A stretch of DNA of 64,000 nt from the human T2T-CHM13v2.0 reference genome, Homo sapiens. The stretch is taken from the NCBI RefSeq assembly GCF_009914755.1, contig NC_060928.1. One strand, written 5' to 3'. The notes under the pieces are model-generated. The model ran no database searches, was not told the DNA's origin, and saw only the letters and a list, made by a program, of their open reading frames with translations. The stretch's first letter is position 1, and each line of letters opens with the position of its first letter. Positions 58,425 through 64,000 of this stretch are shown in pieces. The position numbers and the translations under genes are program-made.

Positions 58425-58505
58425 CACACACACACACACACACACAAAGAGAGAGAGAGAGAGACAGACAGACAGACGGACAGACAGACAAAGAGACAGA
58501 GAGAC
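58425..58505. repeat. Compound (CA)n(GA)n(GACA)n microsatellite
   Basis: Directly visible in the sequence. Confidence 0.95.
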
Positions 58506-59092
58506 CACCTCGTGTATTCCTTTGCAGGGTCAGGTGTGTATCTAGTTGCACTGCGGAAAGTTCCATGCACATACCTCTCTGCCCACGACCCCTAGAGGAT
58601 ATGGAGGAATGGCTTAGCAAAGGGGATCCATAACAACAACTTTGAAGCTCAGGGCAAGCAGGACTAAACAGATGTTTAATTCAAAAGTGGTATTATTTGG
58701 GAAGAAGAGACAAGGAAGAAATGATGGACACCTGAGCAAGTAAAGCTCCGTCATGAATGTAAAAATAAAAACAAAATTGAGAGTTTGGGAAATGGACTAA
58801 TGCTGAGAAGGGGGGCTTAATACTCTGGACAGTCTTTAAAAACCATCATACACAATGTCTGCACCCTACACATTTTGGCAGTCGAAAGCAAAGTCAGGGT
58901 AATATCATGCCAACTTTGTCTGGGCTCTATACACTTCTTGTCTCTCAGGAAGGTGAGTGGTGGGCAGTATCTACGTTAACTTACTTATTCGGAAAACATA
59001 CATTCAGCACCCAGTCAAGGTCAGGCTTTCTGCTAGGCCTATAGATACAAAGTTAACTCTCAGACTTCAGTGCATTAGCAAAATGTACACAA

Positions 59093-59177
59093 ACATGATT
59101 AATATTATATCATGTTATACATGATTAATATTATATCATGTTATACATGATTAATATTATATCATGTAATACATGAT
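59093..59177. repeat. 26-bp AT-rich quasi-palindromic minisatellite, ~3.3 copies
   Basis: acatgattaatattatatcatgttat repeated. Confidence 0.95.
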
Positions 59178-60609
59178 ATAATTGAAGAAAGTATAAATTC
59201 ATAGGGCAAAAATCATATATGTCAAGAACATTAGGGAGATGATGGTTGGGGAAGATGTTATTAGCAGGTGACATCTGAGCTTGGCCCTGACTGAGGATTA
59301 GGAACTCTCCCAGGGTAATGAATCAGTGCTACCGTCCTCCGTTTTCGCAAAATAGACCTTTCCTCTTCTCTGAGGCCCTATTCAAAGAACTCCGTGCACA
59401 GAATAGACAGAAAAAAAGCTGGAGCTACAGAAGGGCCCCTCATTGAATCGAAGCAGTGTATATGATCAAAATCCTTCCCTGCAAAACACACAGTTGGTTT
59501 TCTTTCACAGGGGTATTTAGCAAATACTTTTCATCTCCAATATATACAGATATTATTCTAATAAAACTATCCTCCACCTTCCTCAAACAAACAGTCACAA
59601 ATTGTTTCTGGGCTTCAGCATTTCACATTTCACATAGCCTTTCTCAATAATACAGCAACAATCTTGGCTAAAAAATAAATAAACAAGGTTCACATAACAA
59701 AATAAGCCCTCATCTAAAAAAAGTATGAGTCATTGAACTATAAAATCCAGCCCCTATTTATTTATTCAAATATTGGTATTTAAAATCTTAATTTACCTTA
59801 AATAAACCCCTTAGAAATTTACCATTTTACTGATTGCTTTTAGTATTTATCACACAACAGCAAGGATTTTCCTATTGGAAAAAAGGAATTTAAACAATCT
59901 AATTTGAAGTGGGCTTTTGCTGATTTTTTCATCCACACAGAATGACTCACAGTGATTATATCTACTGTGTGGTTGGGAATATTACAAAATTAAAATTTGT
60001 AATCAGCTGAGACTAGCACATCAACGTATTCCTCAGAGAAAGAACCAATATGAAAATCCTAGCTAATTTTATAAAGACTGAAATTTAAAAGGCAAGAAAG
60101 TAATGTTTATAACTGCATTTGTATGCACACAAATATGAAAATATTGTTTTGTTGGTTTATAACAGACTTTTGACGCATTTCTTTATTAATTGCATTTAAG
60201 TTCTCCTCATAAGGATCACTGGAAGCTTACCAGCTATTTAGGAGAATTTCTCTAGCTCTGAAAGTGGTATATTTCCATTTGAATTGCTGGTTTAGCTTTT
60301 GTAATATTTGCATATTGGCCTAAAGAGATGGCAATACTTATATTAAAATTTCAAGACTGATGTAAATGTATCGCTTTCTTTATCTCCTTTGATCATATCA
60401 ACTTTGGTCTAATCCATTTCGTCAGCGGAAACTGGACACTCAGACCTATTTAAGACAAGTGCCTAATATAGAAGGCCCCAAATCTTCTACATCAAGTTTT
60501 GTATATTTTCTATAAAAATCACGCTATGTCTGTCTTGTACCACCATGGATACTACCAGAAAGTCTCAGTCTTTTTTCACCCCAGCTCTTCTAGACAACAG
60601 AAAGTTAAT

Positions 60610-60990
60610 AAATAACTCAATGAATATTTATTGAGTACCACTATATACCAAAAAGACTCACTGAGGCGGTAGCATTTGAGCAGATTTGAGTAGAAATCTC
60701 AGTGAGGTAAGTAAGAGAGCTCTGTAAGCATCCGAGCGGCAGTCGTGCCACCAAAAGGAAGAGCCAGTGAAAAGGCCTGAGATGGAATTATGCATGGCAG
60801 GATCAAGAACTGGCAAGAAGGCCAGCGTGGCTGGGCAAAAATGGATGAGGGGAAGAGAGGCAAGAAGTGAGAGCATTGTGGGTTTGTAAACCACAGAAAT
60901 AACTTCAGATTTTTTTCTTTTCTAAGAAATCACAGTAAGATTAACAGAAGGGGTATGGCATGGCCTGACATGTTTTAAAGGGATCAATCT
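60610..60990 (-). mobile_element. L2 fragment
   Basis: aatatttattgagtaccactat...gcaagaaggccagcgtggctggg...catggcctgacatgttttaaaggg. Confidence 0.6.
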
Positions 60991-61008
60991 AGGAGACAAG
61001 AAAATAGA

Positions 61009-61115
61009 CACCCTCCCCTTTTTTTTCAAATTCTACTAACAAAACTGAGGTTTCAAGAAGAGCACCCCCCCTTTTTTTTCAAATTCTACTAGCAAAACTG
61101 AGGTTTCAAGACGAG
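61009..61115. repeat. ~54-bp tandem duplication
   Basis: cacc(c)n-t8-caaattctacta(a/g)caaaactgaggtttcaaga(a/c)gag x2. Confidence 0.92.
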
Positions 61116-62299
61116 TACCTGAGGAAGTTGTACACAGGTTTGCCCTTGTCTCTATTAAATTCTCATTATTAACGATGGCGTACATCATGCTGAAAACATC
61201 ATCTCCAAAGATTTTAATAAACTAGAAGGTTTTAAAATGATTCTAAATCTGCACTGATGATTGTATCATTCAGAAATAGAAAAATTTGCATTGTGGCTTG
61301 CTGGAGCTGGTATCCAGTAAGTATGAACTCTTTCCCAGAAATTTCTCTCTGGGTCAGTAAATTTGTCAGATATTGGTTCTCTTGGTCACATAAAAATGGA
61401 CACAAAATGGCCAGTCTAATTAAACCAGATGATTCACGGTGACATGCCATTCCAAAAAAATATTTATGTGGCATTTTTAGTGTACTTCCTTTACCCAAGT
61501 CTAGACAAGGGTAAAATGGAATCTGTTTAACCTGTCCACCAACAACCAAAGTTGATTTAATGTCTTTCTGCTACTAACGTCCATCCACTAAAAGAGGCAA
61601 CAATGGATGGTTTTGATTGAGTGGAAGTGAAAGTGAAAGAGGCTAAGATATGGGATGAATGAGTCTTTCCAAGTAATGACCCACTCTTTATGTTTGGTGT
61701 ACAGATTCAGCTGAAATACCTAAGAGTATTTAGTAGAAGGTGGGCGAGATGAAGGGAAGACTTGCATACCCCAGGACAAACAGGAAATATTTTTTGAGGC
61801 TCATCTCATATGCCACCACTTATTTGAAGTCTTACTTGAATTTACAGAACCAATTCCCTTCTCCTGTGAGGTTCTGTAACACTTTTTATATTCCAGAATT
61901 ACAACCCTGGTGCCAGTGGTGTCTAGTTGTGAATAAATCTAGCTCCTTCGAAAAGGCAATGTATCCTATACATTTTGTACCCCTATAGCATTTGCAACAC
62001 AGATGTTCAACCTGTGTTTGGTGAAAAAAAAAAAAGAATTGAATGAAGAGATAATCATTAACGTCAGTTTTAGTAAGACATAATGAGGTTTAGGAAGGTC
62101 ATGGATACTTGTCTATAGTAAAATTTGAACCAGGTTCAAAGGGAATCTTCTTATATAAATTGATGAGGAAGTAGAAGGTGTTTAAGTGAGAAGCAACAGC
62201 ATGTGTTAAGCACATTGGTGAGAGAAACTTAACTGTCAAGTACAGCTAATAATGGTCTGGCTAATAATGGTCTGGCAATACAAATATGGTTTGAGTTGG

Positions 62300-63730
62300 T
62301 GATTATTTTTAATTTTCAATTTAAAAAATAATTGATACATACAAAATAATGTGACACATAAACAAGTTATAAAGCATGAGAATAAAAACACCCCTGCACC
62401 TACCAACAGTTTAATAACTAAACAGAACCAACACAGAAGCCTTCTGTCTTCCTCCCACAGTGCCCTCTTGCTCACTGCCCAGAGGTCCCACTACCCTGAC
62501 TTTTGTGTTCACCGTTTGCTTGCATTGATTTCTAATTTATCCACAAATCTAGTATCCTTAAATACTTTATAGTTTTTTTAAATTTTAGATAAATCTTAAC
62601 ATATTTGATCTTGGGCAAATGTCTTTTTTACTGAAAAATTATATTTGTCAATTTAATCTATACTCTATATAGTCCACTATTTTCACTGCTGTATTATAAC
62701 ACCATTGGATTAACATAGCATGAATTTTTGTCCATTTTGCTGTTGAAAGATGTGTGTTATTTCCAATCGTGTATTATTGCAAAAATGCTTCTATTAACAT
62801 CATTTTCTAGGTTACGCAGTAGAAATGTATACAAGAGTAAAAATGCTGGGTCAAAGACACGGTTTCTCCAACTTTACTAGATATTGCCAAAATTTTCCAA
62901 AGGGATTGTATGATATTGCCACCCCTTTGTATAAGAGTTCTGACCGCTCTACATCTTCACCATCATTTAGTAATATAAACTTTATATTTTTTGCCACCTG
63001 TGAGTATAAAATCACTGTGGTCTTAACTTGCCTTTCCTCCACTAATAGTTTGAGTTATAGCATTATAATTAGTTCTCATATCTGAGGGAGCAATTTATTC
63101 CCACACTGTTCTCCTTGTTTATCTTCAGAAATGTGTTGTCTATTTTTGGCCCTTGGTTACTCTACATAAGTTTTAGAATCAGTTTGCCAAGCTTCACAAA
63201 AAGTTCTGCTGGAATTTCCATTGGAAGTGTATTTAATTTGTAGCTGAGGAGTGATTCAGAAATGCAGGTTTCTTCCATCTTAGGGCTGTGTCAACTTCCA
63301 ATTGGCTATGTTCATTAACAAGCCAGAAAGAGTGCATAAAGATCAGCTGCAAACAATTTTTACAGTTCAGGTCTGATAGTGGTAAACATCACTTTTGCTC
63401 ACATTTCACTATCTAGAACTATGCCACAAGGTCACAACTAACCAGAAAGAAGTCTGAGATATACTGTCTAGCTCTGTAACCAGAAGAGATAAAAAGCCAT
63501 ATTACCTATTAATTTAGGTCTTTTAAACATCTTTCCATAAATTTTTACGTTTCTCAATAAAGCTTTTATACACTTTTGTTAGAGTTAGCTCTAGATACAT
63601 ATTTCCGTGCTTTTTGTAAATGGCATTTTTATGCCTATGTATCAACTATGTTTCTGGTATTTAAAAATACACTAAGTTATTGTATTATTAATCTTACATC
63701 CACAACTATACTAAACTCTCTATTTGAATC
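62300..63730 (-). mobile_element. Ancient L1M fragments with an MLT1-like piece at ~63245-63500
   Basis: Antisense L1 text (ttttagaatcagtttgccaagcttcacaaaaa; tattaatcttacatccacaactatactaaactc). Confidence 0.6.
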
Positions 63731-64000
63731 TTTTTTTTAACTTTTATTTTAGGTCCATGTATACATGTGCAGGTTTGTTATATAAGTAAATTGTGAGTCA
63801 CAGGGGTTTGGTGTACAGATTATCTCATCATCCAGGTAATAAGCATAGTACCTGATAGGTAGTTTTTTGATCCTCTCCCTCCTGCTATCCTCCACCCTCA
63901 AGTAGGTCCTGGTGCCTATTATTCCCTTCTTTGTGTCCATATATACTCAATATTTAGCTCCCACTTATAAGTGAGAACATGCAGTATTTGGTTTTCTGTT
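63731..64000 (-). mobile_element. Older L1PA 3' end (L1PA13-16-like), continues past the window edge
   Basis: ttttaacttttattttagg...tacatgtgcaggtttgtta...tttagctcccacttataagtgagaacatgcagtatttggttttctgtt. Confidence 0.92.

Noticed and set aside
59093-59177. Palindromic repeats superficially like a CRISPR array
   Set aside because: Units are head-to-tail without unique spacers, there are no cas genes, and the context is a primate intron.

Overview
This is primate (human or great-ape-like) genomic DNA containing the 3' ends of two convergent genes. The last coding exon and long 3' UTR of BMP3 lie on the + strand (CDS 1386-1577). The last five coding exons and 3' UTR of PRKG2 (cGMP-dependent protein kinase II) lie on the - strand (58308 down to 37401), and all five splice in frame with canonical GT/AG sites. 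The rest is intronic or intergenic and rich in repeats: Alu, L1, L2, MIR, a THE1B-type MaLR provirus, MLT1/MLT2 LTRs, a full-length Tigger1 with nested insertions, MADE1, MER3/33/94 and microsatellites. I found no new protein-coding gene and no new multi-gene system; nearly all ORF-track entries are repeat remnants or noise. The most unusual signal is three independent locally templated insertions: 28 bp copied from 4.4 kb away with an 11-bp target duplication, 160 bp copied in inverted orientation into an Alu, and about 510 bp carrying a Tigger1 end copied about 4.9 kb away. Other points of interest are an old twin-primed L1, a CTCF motif between the two genes, a (GGAA)12 microsatellite forming a splice-acceptor pyrimidine tract, and Alu geometry that could yield a stop-free 186-nt PRKG2 circRNA. 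Repeat subfamily names come from remembered consensus sequences and identity figures are by-eye counts; both need RepeatMasker or alignment confirmation.
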